Of a DNA stretch of 64,000 nt, positions 37,174 to 50,400 are shown piece by piece. Within the stretch, counting starts at the first letter, position 1. Every line of letters starts with the position of its first letter. The translations under genes and the position numbers were made by a program. The DNA comes from Ylistrum balloti (Eukaryota): positions 744,001 to 808,000 of the forward strand of contig NW_026781943.1 in the NCBI RefSeq assembly GCF_031769215.1. Reading direction: 5' to 3'. The notes under the pieces were generated by a model, which saw nothing but the letters and a program-made list of their open reading frames with translations, was not told the origin of the DNA and made no database searches.

Positions 37174-40100
37174 ATGATTCCCAGGTTGAATAAGTTGGCT
37201 CATTCGTCGTGTTGTAGAACCATCAGCGCAAATGTCAATAATATTTATCAAACTAAGACACATCCTGCCATCTGTACGCACAGAACGGCCCTCCTAGTCC
37301 AACCAGGGAGTCATTCTTACTCCACAATATCTGGTGTGTCGCGTTTGGACCGTTCTTACTCTTTGTCAGACGAACCAACAGAGAAGTACAGACAACTAAA
37401 TGCAACAATACTTCCTAAACATACACTCTTACATACGTGTGGCAGACATATATTGACACATCAGAAAAGTTCTCCATGGCTCCCATGTGGGGTCGGTTTA
37501 GGGGTAACGGGGTCATCAAGAGGTTTTACAGCGTATGTAAGTCATATATTTTACAAGTTGGCTGGGATTGTCATTGAGAGTGAGCCGGTTGGAGCGTCAA
37601 GACAATTTTTTATTGGACTCCATGACATTATTGGAATGCCTTGGTGGCTAACTATTATTTCCGGGACGTTGATGTTTAGAATGACACTGCTTCCTTTAGC
37701 TGTTATCATTATCAAATCTCAAGCGAAGCATGCCTCAGTTTTACCAGAGATCCATGCCAGAGCAACAGATATTCATTCAAATATTTTGGCACATGGGCTG
37801 TATCATCATATGAAACCATTTACAATGAAGAGAGAAACAGCTTCACAAGTATGTGTCTACATTTACCTTAATGCTATCATGTATTTGGGAGGTACATTTC
37901 TCTGTGATCCTTTTATAAATGCATAGAAATTACAGGTTAAAACTAATCTTTGGATGATATTTAACAAGGACATGTTAAAAACCACTTTTATTACTTAACA
38001 TACATATTTTGCATGTAGTATAATTCTAAATGTATCTGCTGACAGTTCAACAAGTAACAAATGAGTAATAACTATAGGAGAGTGTATATTTAACACTATG
38101 TAAAGGGTGTTTCAGAAAACTTGTCTCAAATTAATGTTTCATAAAATTAAAAATATTTATGAAAATATAAAGAGTCGAAAGGGTACATTCATACAGTTTC
38201 ATGGTTTGACTGTACTGTATGTCTAAATCATTAAAAGGTGCTATTCACTTGTGTGTATTTTGTACAATTTCTAACTTTTTTATTCATATCTTTGTGATAA
38301 AAGAGTTTTGGTATCGACAATATTTACACTAATATAAGATTGATATATGTAACAATATTATCATTGGTTTTCAATTACTTGCAGATAAGGCAGATGAAGC
38401 GTGAAATGTATGTAAAGCATAATTGTTCCCCAATAAAACCATTTTTGAATGTGTATGTCCAAGTGCCAGTGATTGTAAGCTTTGGAGTCGCTCTGCGATC
38501 TTGTACAGGACGATTTGGACCGATAGGTTGGTATAGTCACTGAAATATGTAGCCCCAATAGAACATTTATATACCTGTGTAGCATGGTATTGTGAAGCAT
38601 GGTGAAATGAACAGGGGTCAAAATACCATAATGGTGAAATGAACTCTCCCGCCTCCTGCTCTATGATAAAGTAAAGCAGCTTTATAATTTGATGTTTCTT
38701 CAGTGAATTTTTGATCACTTTACTTAATTATGTTCCTCCATACATTAAAAAAAAGCCCAGAAAAATAACAAGTGTGGGGAAATTTAGGGTGGGGGCGGGT
38801 GATGGGGGGGGGGGGGGGGCAGGTTCACTTTACCATGAAGCATTTCACTATTTTCTTCATTCATTGTTATATAAAATTCAGATCCTAATTTTCAGCTCAC
38901 TAGGTCTGAAGAACTGGTGAGGTTATGCCATAGGGATGGCATCTGCTACTGGTCATGAACAACTGATTGGATTTTAGGGGAATGGGAACATTTTTTTGTA
39001 AAATGGTGTGTCCTGGCCCCTAGGGCCTGTAGGGTGGGGCCCAAAAGGGGAAATATTGCTAGTTCTTCAAAATTCTTCTTCTCTTGTAGGAATGATTGGA
39101 TTCTGCCTAAATTTGGTCTGTAGCATTTGGCAAATGGGAATTAATGGTCTCTGCCCTCATTAGTGAAAGGAAATCAATTTTGTATAAACAGTCTCAGACC
39201 ATGGTATGGGTGGGATGGAGTGATTTGGTCTGAAAAGTATTTTAGCTGACCCCACAGAGAGTAGGGACAGAGGTTTTGAGACCATTAGGAAAACAGATAT
39301 GTTGTCTGTTTTCTGATTAGATGATAAGAATTTTTTTCCTTAAGTTTTAAGCCAAGCTAAAGCCAAGTGAGCCCTACAGACCCTATGGGCCTTTTGTCCT
39401 AATTCATACACATGTGAGAAAGATGATTAGCATTATAATATAGATATTGAAGATATGCTCCAGTGTTTGTCACTTGTTGTCACAAAATTAAATAATGCAG
39501 TAGTGATATTTTGTTCGTTTTGATTATTTCAATTCTTCACCTGTCTTTGTTGATATATTATCAACTTAAACAAGTCAGCAATGATTGGTTAAACCTGATC
39601 ATATGTCTATAACGATTGGTCAAAGTAAATCACAAGTCAGCAATGATTGGTTAAACCTGATCATATGTCTATAACGATTGGTCAAACTAAATCACAAGTC
39701 AGCAATGATTGGTTAAACCTGATCATATGTCTATAACGATTGGTCAAACTAAATCACAAGTCAGCAATGATAGGTTAAACTTGATCATATGTCTATAATG
39801 ATTGGTCAAACTAAATCACAAGTCAGCAATGATTGGTTAAACCTGATCAGATGTACCTCTTTGTTTCAGCGGATCATTATTTTCAACCAGAAATGATCTG
39901 CGAAGGCATCTCGTGGATTTCGAACCTTACAGTTGCAGACCCATACTGTATAATTCCAACAGTCAGCTGCTTCACATCTCTTTTTGCACTAGAGGTAGGA
40001 TATGTTGTTCTTTGTCCTCACAGATTTCTGTTAGTGAGGACAAAACTACGTTTTCTGGCAATAAGTTTATGCTTGGTAACAGGCTGTCATATGTCTTTTT

Positions 40101-41690
40101 CTGATCAGTGAAAATGTGCACAGACACTGTTGCCTTATAATAAGCCCATCCTCTAACCTTAAGTCAGGTGTAATATTCGTCCCCTCCCCCTCCCTCCAAC
40201 CTTTAACCTACATAAATATTTAACATACATTTCTCAATGGACAGACTGACTCTTGCAGCAGACCAAATCACTTTAAATTTCCTTTTACATTTATCATTTC
40301 ATTCAAAAGGATTATGGTATTCATATTAACTGCAATACCTTGTTGTGTAATATTCCATTCTGCATCCAAGAAAACAACTTCTCAGTAACCAATAAGCCGA
40401 GGACACTGATATTGGGCCTGTAGCCTACTGGGATGAAGGGCTACCAAGATTGTTTGAATGAATAAACTTGATCAACTTTCATGGTTACAAGGTTAATGTC
40501 AAAATTTCAGTAAAATTCTTCTCAGTAACCAAAAGATACACAACATTTGGACAATTATTATTTTAGAAGATGGTTCAAAAGACAAAAGGTGAAAGCACCT
40601 CTAAATACAAATTTATAGAGATCAATTTAACTGCATCTTTCACTCTAAGACTCATCTATGATGCAACATTCCTAAATTTGAAAGCTATGAGATGACAGAG
40701 GAAAATCCTAAGTGTTTAAATGTAGGTAGAGAGGAGCTTTAGAAGTAAAGATTAAGAAACCAGTTTTTTAGTGATTGATTGAATCACCAAGTTTTCTGTT
40801 CTTCTGTTACAGTATTCCATGCTGCTGAGGAAGGTCAATCACAATCAGATGAACTTCGGTGTTGTTGTAGCACCCGAAACAAAAATGCAAAAATTTTTAA
40901 ACTACGTCACACGATTTGGTCAGCTTGTGGTTATCACAGTTTATCCGTTTCTCTGCTTTGCTCCTAGTGTGAGTATTTGTTTTCAATGAATCAGTTAACA
41001 TCTCTCCTTATATTTAGCTAACTTGTCTGATTATAACTATTTCTACAGAGGAATTTTCAAGTTTCATATGATATAGAGCAAGAACAAAACAAAGAATAGA
41101 AAAGAAGTGAAAAATCAAACTTTTAAAAAAACAAAATTAAGACCAAACAATAGTAAGTGCCAAGATTCCTTTTGGATCTCTTGTACACTTAAATATAGCA
41201 TTGATCACAAGTATGTATTTGCGTAAAGTTGTTCATATATATATATAATTATTTCATGGGGGCATATTGTTCAGGGTTATTGATAGCTGTTATGTTCCTG
41301 TCTCATCTTGGTTTATCTTCAAACATTGTTGCTGCAATGGTGAATTTCTTAAAATCAATTAAAATTTCTCCAAACACCTTTTGAAATACTCATTAAGGAA
41401 TATGAAGAAGTCAAGGTCACTGGTATATTTTAAGGGAAATTATATATGTTTTCTAGAACAAGTCTTCCTTCTCCCCTGAATATTTTTTTCTTTCTGTTTC
41501 TCAGGCTTTAACCTTATACATCTGTACCACAAGTTTATGGAGTGCAACACAGCTGCTTTCTCTCAACACCCCTGCAGTCAGGCGAGCTCTGAGCATCACA
41601 AAGTCTAGGCTAGATAGCCCTACACCTCATAGAGATGTGTTCAAATTATTCAAGACCAAATATTTCAGTTTTGCAAAGAAATCCAAATAG
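37174..41690 (+). CDS. COX18: Cytochrome c oxidase assembly protein COX18 (Oxa1/YidC family insertase), 427 aa. Coding exons: 37174-37848, 38385-38526, 39870-39994, 40813-40968, 41505-41690
   Basis: Phases are consistent and total 1284 nt. Motifs LHDIIGMPWWLTIISGTLMFRMTLLPL, QVPV...ALRS, GISWISNLTVADPYCIIP, APS|ALTLY and a C-terminal DSPTPHRDVFKLFKTKY. The short basic C-terminus without the long OXA1L tail favours COX18. Confidence 0.9.
38889..39397 (+). mobile_element. HINE-like element in COX18 intron 2, degenerate
   Basis: 5' TTTTCAGCTCACTAGG...CTGGTGAGGTTATGCC and 3' CAAGTGAGCCCTACAGACCCTATGGGCCTTTTGT hairpin end. The 5' end resembles the reverse complement of the ends at 32728 and 33726. 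Confidence 0.55.
39571..39849. repeat. 62-bp tandem repeat, ~4.5 copies, abutting the COX18 exon 3 acceptor
   Basis: Units start at 39571, 39633, 39695, 39757 and 39819; each full unit normally carries two GATTGGT motifs. Confidence 0.95.
40125..40560 (+). mobile_element. Degenerate interspersed repeat with duplicated CTTCTCAGTAACCAA subunit starts, probably HINE-class
   Basis: CTTCTCAGTAACCAA occurs at ~40378 and ~40518, about 140 bp apart. Class assignment is from resemblance only. Confidence 0.4.
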
Positions 41691-41789
41691 TCTAAACACA
41701 AACCAGAATAGCTCCGTTGTAAGATCAACAAACTGACATAACTTTTTGGGAGGGTTTGTTATTGCAGATGGTGTTACGTAATGATTTAT

Positions 41790-41795
41790 AATAAA
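41790..41795 (+). terminator. Candidate COX18 polyadenylation signal
   Basis: AATAAA 100 nt after the stop codon, followed by a GT-rich tract (GTGTGTTTGTTG). Confidence 0.6.
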
Positions 41796-41924
41796 ATTTG
41801 CCATTGATCACAAGTGTGTTTGTTGTTAGTATACATTTATACAGTAGTAACAATGAATTTGGTCCACTATACATCCTCTTAGTATTCAGGCTATCGCATT
41901 TCGATTTATATACAAACCCTATTT

Positions 41925-43000
41925 GATTAGAATTCCCGTTTATATGGACCCTGTATTAGAATTCCTGTTTATATGGACCCTGTATTAGAATTCCGGTTTA
42001 TATGAACACTGTATGATTAGAATTCCTGATTATATGAACACTGTATGATTGGAATTCCTGATTATATGGACCCTGTATTAGAATTCCTGATTATATGAAC
42101 ACTGTATGATTAGAATTCCTGTTTATATGGACCCTGTATTAGAATTCCGGTTTATATGAACACTGTAAGATTAGAATTCCTGTTTATATGGACCCTGTAT
42201 TAGAATTCCTGATTATATGGACCCTGTATGATTAGAATTCCGGTTTATATGAACACTGTAAGATTAGAATTCCTGTTTATATGGACCCTGTATTAGAATT
42301 CCTGTTTATATGGACCCTGTATTAGAATTCCGGTTTATATGAACACTGTATGATTAGAATTCCCGTTTATATGGACCCTGTATTAGAGTTCCGGTTTATA
42401 TGAACACTGTATGATTAGAATTCCTGATTATATGGACCCTGTATTAGAATTCCTGATTATATGAACACTGTATGATTAGAATTCCGGTTTATATGAACAC
42501 TGTATGATTAGAATTCCTGTTTATATGGACCCTGTATTAGAATTCCTGATTATATGGACCTTGTATTAGAATTCCTGATTATATGAACACTGTATGATTA
42601 GAATTCCGGTTTATATGAACACTGTATGATTAGAATTCCTGTTTATATGGACCCTGTATTAGAATTCCTGATTATATGGACCCTGTATGATTAGAATTCC
42701 TGTTTATGTGGACCCTGTATGATTAGAATTCCTGTTAATATGGACCCTGTATGATTAGAATTCCTGTTAATATGGACCCGGTATGATAAGAATTCCTGTT
42801 AATATGGACCCGGTATGATTAGAATTCCTGTTAATATGGACCCTGTATGATTAGAATTCTTGTTTATGTGGACCCTGTATGATTAGAATTCCTGTTTATA
42901 TGGACCCTGTATTGTAAGAATTCCTGTTTATATGAATCCTGTTTGATTAGAATTCCTGTTCATAGGGACCCTGTATGATTAGAATTGCTGTTTATATGAA
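41925..43000. repeat. Minisatellite of mixed 29- and 32-bp units, ~35 copies, nearly all with GAATTC
   Basis: TAGAATTCCTGTTTATATGGACCCTGTAT (29 bp) and TAGAATTCCGGTTTATATGAACACTGTATGAT (32 bp), often alternating. Confidence 0.95.
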
Positions 43001-46000
43001 TTTCTTTTACACTTGCAATTGTACAAACTTGATTTCTGTACATAAATCTGTAGATGTTATACATCCCTTGGCCAATCAGATTTCTATCTACACATTCCTT
43101 TGCCTAATCAGGATTTCTGTCTATACCAGACCTTGTCTGTTCTGTTTTTTTCACCATGCCTCTCATCTGATCTAGAACCATCTTGTCTGTAAGTGGCTAT
43201 TTCAGATTTCCATTTCAGACAACAATGTCTATTTCAGATATTTTTGCAGGGAAAACTAATAAAGTAATTGAGTAAGAAAATAACAAAAAGTCTCTTTTAA
43301 AAAAGGTTGTAAGTTTAATAAACGATGTTTTTCTCAACATTTATACAAGACAAGATAATATACTACTACAATTTACATACCATTTAAGGGTTTTGTGTAG
43401 GGTCACAACACTTACAAAATACCATGACCTGTATCCAAGCAACCATTCACATGCTCATTAATCTATTTTCTAACCAAACTTTTCAATCTCATGAAACATG
43501 AATTTCTGTTAGTAAGTAATGTTTAGCTATAATTATGCAGAGACACTAATTTGTTATATTACTCAGTTCATTGCGACAGTTTTTTTTTCTTGAGCATGTC
43601 AGTGGTTGAATGAATACAGGCTAAGAACTACCGTATCATGGCAGCCAATCACAACAACTTAATAAGGTCACCTGATGTAACATTGACCAATCACAACACA
43701 TTTTAAAGGTCAAGAAACTAGATGTGCAATTATGACAATGAAGGACAATGCTAGCATAATAAAGCTACACTGTGGGTTTTTGTTGTAATGGTACATATTT
43801 GGCTTTCATAGGGACATTTGGCTCTGTACAAGATTAAACAGCAGACAACATTTAGATGAAGTTCTTGAGTAAACCTAGTGATAAAAACATCATCTCATAG
43901 GAGCGCTTATTACAGAACAATGAAATAGTATTTCTAATGAATAACAATAGATATGGGTGGGCTTATTACCAAGCATTAATGAAAAATACAACAAATCAAT
44001 AGTAAACATAATATTTTGCTGCTTATCTCAACAGTAATACTGTAAACCTGCACAGAATTAAACAAGTCAAGATTTTTGGTGAAATCTTGTTCATCTCCCC
44101 TCTTATGTTGATAAAATTCCACATTCCATATACAGTTAAATAATGATAACCTAATGAAAAGGAGTGCTCAATGACATCCCAATCCTACAAGTGACATGAC
44201 TTGTGTTTTATCTACAAAGTTGTTTGCATAGAGTAGAGACTGATGCTGAAGGACCGACATATGAAAATAGTAACATGTATATGTAAAATATTGCCTCCAT
44301 TCAACCATGATAGGATTTCACAAGGCATTGGGACATGCAGGGGCATGTTCCTTAATGCAGATAACCTGGTTCTTCTATATTCAAATGTACTAGCAATGTA
44401 CCTGTGCACATGTTTGTACTGACCTCAGAAGTCTATCTTTTTTCATGAACACCTTCATCCAACCAATAAGCAAAAAAGGCCCCGGTATTAGGTAGCACTA
44501 AATTATTCCAACTGGTAAATAAAGACAAATATTGCTTTTTACAACAAAACAGGTTATCTCCCTTGGTTATTGTCACCTTTAAGCACCAGGACTATCTGAG
44601 AGATGGATAATCTAAGTCACAACCTCTTACGATATGATCCATATATCTACAGACAGACTTTAGAAAAATTAAAATTTTGAGATCAAAAATTTCTGACATA
44701 AATTGCCAAATGCTTTTAAAATGTAATGCAGAAGTTATGAAAAGACATAAGTGCATCTTCTGGATGGTAGAAAACTATACATACACTGTACAATGCTTAT
44801 GAATAATACTATAGGATACCTAATCTATCTGGACATAAACTGAATTGTTCACTCAGTTTTGGTCTTTTTGTCACATGTGTATATAAGAATGGTGAACAAA
44901 CCTATTCTGATGTAGTTCAGTATGCATGGATGAACCAGCACCTATAAATCCTAACATTCCTATTTCTTTGTGATGTTTCCAAAAAGTAGTTGTCACTGCA
45001 CATCTCATAAAGGTGGCATACAGCCTTAACTAACCCTTCAACTTGATAAAATGCAGATGATGGGTAAAAACTACAATGGACAAATTTGTGAACTACGAAA
45101 CCAAAATATAAGTATTTTTTTCTTTTTTTTTACGCCCTCTAATAAGATTATGTATCGATACAATTGCACAAGGCTTACTTTGTTTGATCCTAGAATTTAT
45201 AGGAAGGGTTGTTTCCAAGTCTTTCTGAGGACAGAATTTTAGTGTCTATTCTATGGAATGGATTGTACTATTGATGAATCAAAACCCTTTACTTTCAAAA
45301 AAAAATTAGAAGGAAAAGTGTAAAATTAACAAAACCATGTGCAGTATCCGGCATTTGATCTAGGTGTATACTCGATCCAGATATATATACATAAATCAGA
45401 AGTTTACAACCTTACAAAAGGTTGAATGAATTTTTTTGTTCACAGACATGTATATATCATTTACATATACACTGGTTGCACTCCACTGAACAAGGAAGGT
45501 ACATAGCAATATTTCATCATACTTTACAAGAGATTATATGTTATATTATCTACAAAAGGCAAAAAGCAAAATAAGTTATTGCAGTATTAAATTATGTCTT
45601 TCTCCTTTATTGACTTCTACTTAAAATATTGAATACAAAAAAAGTTTCACTATAAAAAATGGCAAAATGTTGAAGAATATATCCTAAATTCAAACTATTT
45701 CAAGTGTTTTTTTCACACTTTAAATCTACACACAGTGCTATATATGTACATCTTGCATACAGTGAAACTGATAACACAGTTGACTGATCACACATCTTAA
45801 TATTACTTAGACAACATGATGGCTTCCTGTGATCGGTGAACCATGACATGTTATGTACATACGAGATTCTTCATGTATGAAATACCACATAAACTGGCTC
45901 GCTCCTCTAGTTAAAGCTATATTTTATCAGTTTCATGCACCAAAGTACGAACTCTCACAGTGAAGATGATTGAAAGTAGAATGTTTATATACAGGGTAAC

Positions 46001-47463
46001 TCCCATTCCCCCCAAACAACTACAAAGGGGTGAATTAAAATTTCTAGATTACTTCTTGATCAATAAGGTGTCTTTTAGAAACAAGAATATAAAGATTAGT
46101 ATACACCTGCAGAAGTTAACTTCATTTGCTGGCTGGACTGTTCTAATTTTGATACTTCAAAGTATTTCAAAATGAATGAATTAAGTTGATTATTTAAATC
46201 TATGAAATTTGGTCTTTAATGGCATATAATTACTATCATGATCCTAAAGTGACGGTGAATTAAGGTGTAAAATGATGAATATTTTGATTTCAACAATGAC
46301 TACATCCACTCCACACACTACGTAAAAATTTATGGCACGTTATGTTTTAACTTTACCTTATTCCACATGTTCAAATGTTATACAATATCTTTTTATTTAT
46401 TTCATTTTTTTTTAATAATTACCGAAGTTATGTATATACTGTATGTATCAAATACAAAACAAAAAGTAGATTTAGCAATATTCAACAATGCTTTCCACAA
46501 AACGGTAAAAAATCTTCACTTTCCATAAGAAGACCAAATTACAAAGAGGGTAACATTGACTCTTCTAAATATAGACTACACATTGAAGTAGGCAACAGAC
46601 ATGAAATTTGCAGATATTGCTCAAAAGATTTCAACGGCTTTGTTCCCATTAAGATGATCTAACACTTTTTTTAATTCTCATCGATCATAATAAAAGCTAT
46701 GTTTGTCTGTTACAACATTTATAAACTCATATATATCTCACAAATTGGTCTCTGGACATCATTTACTACTCCAGAAGACAAAATACAGACACCTAGATAA
46801 TACAGTTTATTACAGAGCATTTATGAATCTGTTTACTTCAACTTGCTTCTATATCCACTGTCCATGTTTGACAAACCAAGCTTTCAAAATCCTCACACTG
46901 GCTAGATTTTAAATTTTTGCTGGATTAGCTCTCAGAAACTGAATTCATTACAAACTTTCAGCACTGATACTGAATTTTTTCTGCTTGAAGAGACTTCCCT
47001 CTCCTTTCAAAATAAGCCAATATAACGCTAGATATAACCCCCTTCGTCTCTCATCAACCCAAGAGAACCACCACTGCATTTATTTCTATAATATTCTTAT
47101 TCACCAAATTACACAGTATTTCTATCATATGAAAGTTACATCTAAGCTAAACCTACATATGGAAGTTTTTGATTAGTTTTTTGAAGGAAAAGAATTGGTG
47201 AAAATTGAGATTCCTGATTTTGGAAAAACACAACAGATATATAGTGATAGATCTCAAAAATGAAGTTTCAAATATTTGGACTCCACTTCACTTTGCTAAG
47301 GTTTTTGGATTACACTGCCCTGAAGAACCTTCAGAAATTCTGATTTCAAAACAAATCTGTTTGCTATGGATACTTCTGAAGAAACCTATATGAGAAAGCT
47401 TAGCCGTTCGAGATTAAAATTAGGTTTCCAAGTTGAGTCTTAGCATTAAATGTTGTATATGTA

Positions 47464-50400
47464 TTACACGGAGGTCTCTGAGTTAAGTCTCAACACAAAC
47501 TTGTTATTTTTAGGATCAATGACCTCTTCCGTGAGATTAAAATGTGGAATACGTTTCACAGTGACAAGAAGCGATACTTCGTTTTGTCGTAGCTGAAATA
47601 CTGTGTTGTGTTCCATCTCTCTAGTAAGAAGTTGATCACAAACCAAAACCCACTTCTGTATGGGGCGATATGCGTGATCGTCCATAATCACTGGACCCTG
47701 CGTCAGGTAACGCTCGATAAATGCCCGCGGGCTCATGTCGTGGCCCACACACACAGCCAGATGTTCCAGCACTGCATCCATCGTGTAACGGGGCTGTTGT
47801 CGTGTGATACGCAGGTACTTCTGTAATGCTCGTGCCATAGACGGAAATACAGCATGAGCAGCCTCCTTTGGATCCATAGGAACAGGAGCACCTGGAAACG
47901 ACAAAAGAAAATCTATAACTAGCGGTAGGTAATGGCATTCAAAACTTCAATTCAACAAGATTTGGTCATTCTTTCGGCAATTTTACTTATTCCTTTTGTG
48001 AAACCACAATTACTATGGTAAAAACAAACTTCTATATAGATATATACATAAATTTCAATTTCATACAAAATCTATTAAATGACTCTCTGAATTTTCTGTG
48101 ACCAATTTCATAAAACAAATTTGATATGGAAAACTATACAATATGATTCATATCACATGATAGAGTCTTATTGAAATTATTGTGAATAAAAGTGCTTTCT
48201 TGAAGTCATTGTCATAGTGTCCATTTCTGTGTCATAAAGTAATGTGTTAGTGTTTGACATAATTTCATGTTATAATTAGTTTTGTACAACGACTTCATAC
48301 TCAAAAATATTTTCAAACAAACTTAAAATCAGTTTTTTTATTTTTATCAACAAAATCATCTTCATTTTGATTTTTGAAGTTTCACGGTAAGTCATGAGTT
48401 ATATATTATTTTCAAGGTGGAGTGTACACAACCTTCAATATTGTTTCAATAACGACACATTCCAGGACAATGTAGATTTTATCCAAAGAAAACTCTTTGA
48501 TTTCAAAAATGTGTTAACCAATTTTCTTCAGCAGCTATTAAAGATATTTCAATACCATGATCCTAAAAATTCTGAACACATGTAACATTGTCTAATAAAC
48601 TGCCATAGAAATACTGAACACATGTTACATTGTCTATCAAACTGTTACAAAAATACTTTGGTTTTTAAAACCTGGAAAGAGCCTACTGATTAGATCAGAC
48701 TGGGTTACAATTATTTGTAATGTGCCTCCACTGGGTGAGTGCCAGATGTGACCCCAGACTCCATCTCCCATCTGGGGCCCCCTACTGTGTCTAACACTCA
48801 ACTCGGCAGCAATGTCTTACCTGGAATGTTTTGGCAATATTGTAACTTCAGGGGCTCAACACAGGTTTAAAATACATATCAGGAACCCCTTATTGATGTC
48901 ATAACTTAGATTCAGGGGAAAACAAAGAACAAAGTTAATTTTTTTGCGATTTATTTTGCTGAAAATTCTTGGCCTGTATCCTTAAAATTCTGAAGTCTTC
49001 ATATTTGCTGAATTTCTCTATTTTGAAATTCATTCCTTGGCTGTTATTTTCAAATTTACAATCACTTTTCAGGTAACAAGAATGAGCAGCATTTTATGAC
49101 ATTTAATGATTTTCTGGACACAGAACCAACTTTATATCTCTTATCATTGGGACTCATCAAAATTTTGGAATTTGATGCCCTGAAAATATTGTTGAAAAAT
49201 ATGTAAACAGAATCCCTAGGTCTGAGAATATACCTAATAATTGTCTTCAATGTTTCTACTCTGTTAATATTACTGCAGCAGGTGCCCTCATAGATTGGAA
49301 AATTATAGAAAAATTATCTGATAAATTAGGAAAATATTTTTTTAATTTTGCTTCTTTTTGGGAAAATAACACATTTTTGCTTCAGGAATCAGCCTTTTTT
49401 AGCTGCAAAATAGAGAAAATTAATATTGGTCCTAGCCTACTAAACTTGGAAAAAAATGTCTTAAAATAAGTGTATGTGACATTGAAAATGGAGATTACAC
49501 ACGTACTGCAATTATCTTGCAATATGCTTATATGGGAAAAATATTACTTCTCTAAATCAGAAAGTTGGCTTATTGAAGCACCCCTGGGGAACAACATGTC
49601 ACTTCTTCCTCAATGTCAGGGAGTGGGTTTATTACAGGAATACTGGGAAACAGCATATCACTTCTTCCTCAATGTCAGGGAGTGGGTTTATTACAGGAAT
49701 ACTGGTAAACAACATATCACTTCTTCCTTATGGTCAGGGAGTGGGTTTACTACAGGAATACTGGGAAACAGCATATCACTTCCTTAATGTCAGGGAGTGG
49801 GTTTATTACAGGAATACTGGGAAACAGCATATCACTTCTTCCTCAATGTCAGGGAGTGGGTTTATTACAGGAATACTGGGAAACAGCATATCACTTCTTC
49901 CTCAATGTCAGGGAGTTGGTTTATTACAGGAATACTGGTAAACAACATATCACTTCTTCCTTATGGTCAGGGAGTGGGTTTACTACAGGAATACTGGGAA
50001 ACAGCATATCACTTCTTCCTCAATGTCAGGGAGTGGGTTTATTACAGGAATACTGGGAAACAGCATATCACTTCTTCCTCAATGTCAGGGAGTGGGTTTA
50101 TTACAGGAATACTGGTAAACAACATATCACTTCTTCCTTATGGTCAGTCAGGAGTGGGTTACATACAAATTCTAGTCAATGTCAGAGAAACATTACATAT
50201 CACTTCTTCTGAGATATTACACACAATGTCAGAGAGTGGGACATTACATACAAAGGAATACTGGGAAACAGCATATCACTTCTTCCTCAATGTCAGGGAG
50301 TTGGTTTATTACAGGAATACTGGTAAACAACATATCACTTCTTCCTTATGGTCAGGGAGTGGGTTTACTACAGGAATACTGGGAAACAGCATATCACTTC

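Noticed and set aside
41077-41339. Two extra in-frame COX18 coding exons (41077-41152 and 41275-41339, 47 codons in total)
   Set aside because: Direct joining of APS to ALTLY reproduces the family motif (VPS..LYW), and the first piece is transposon-derived.
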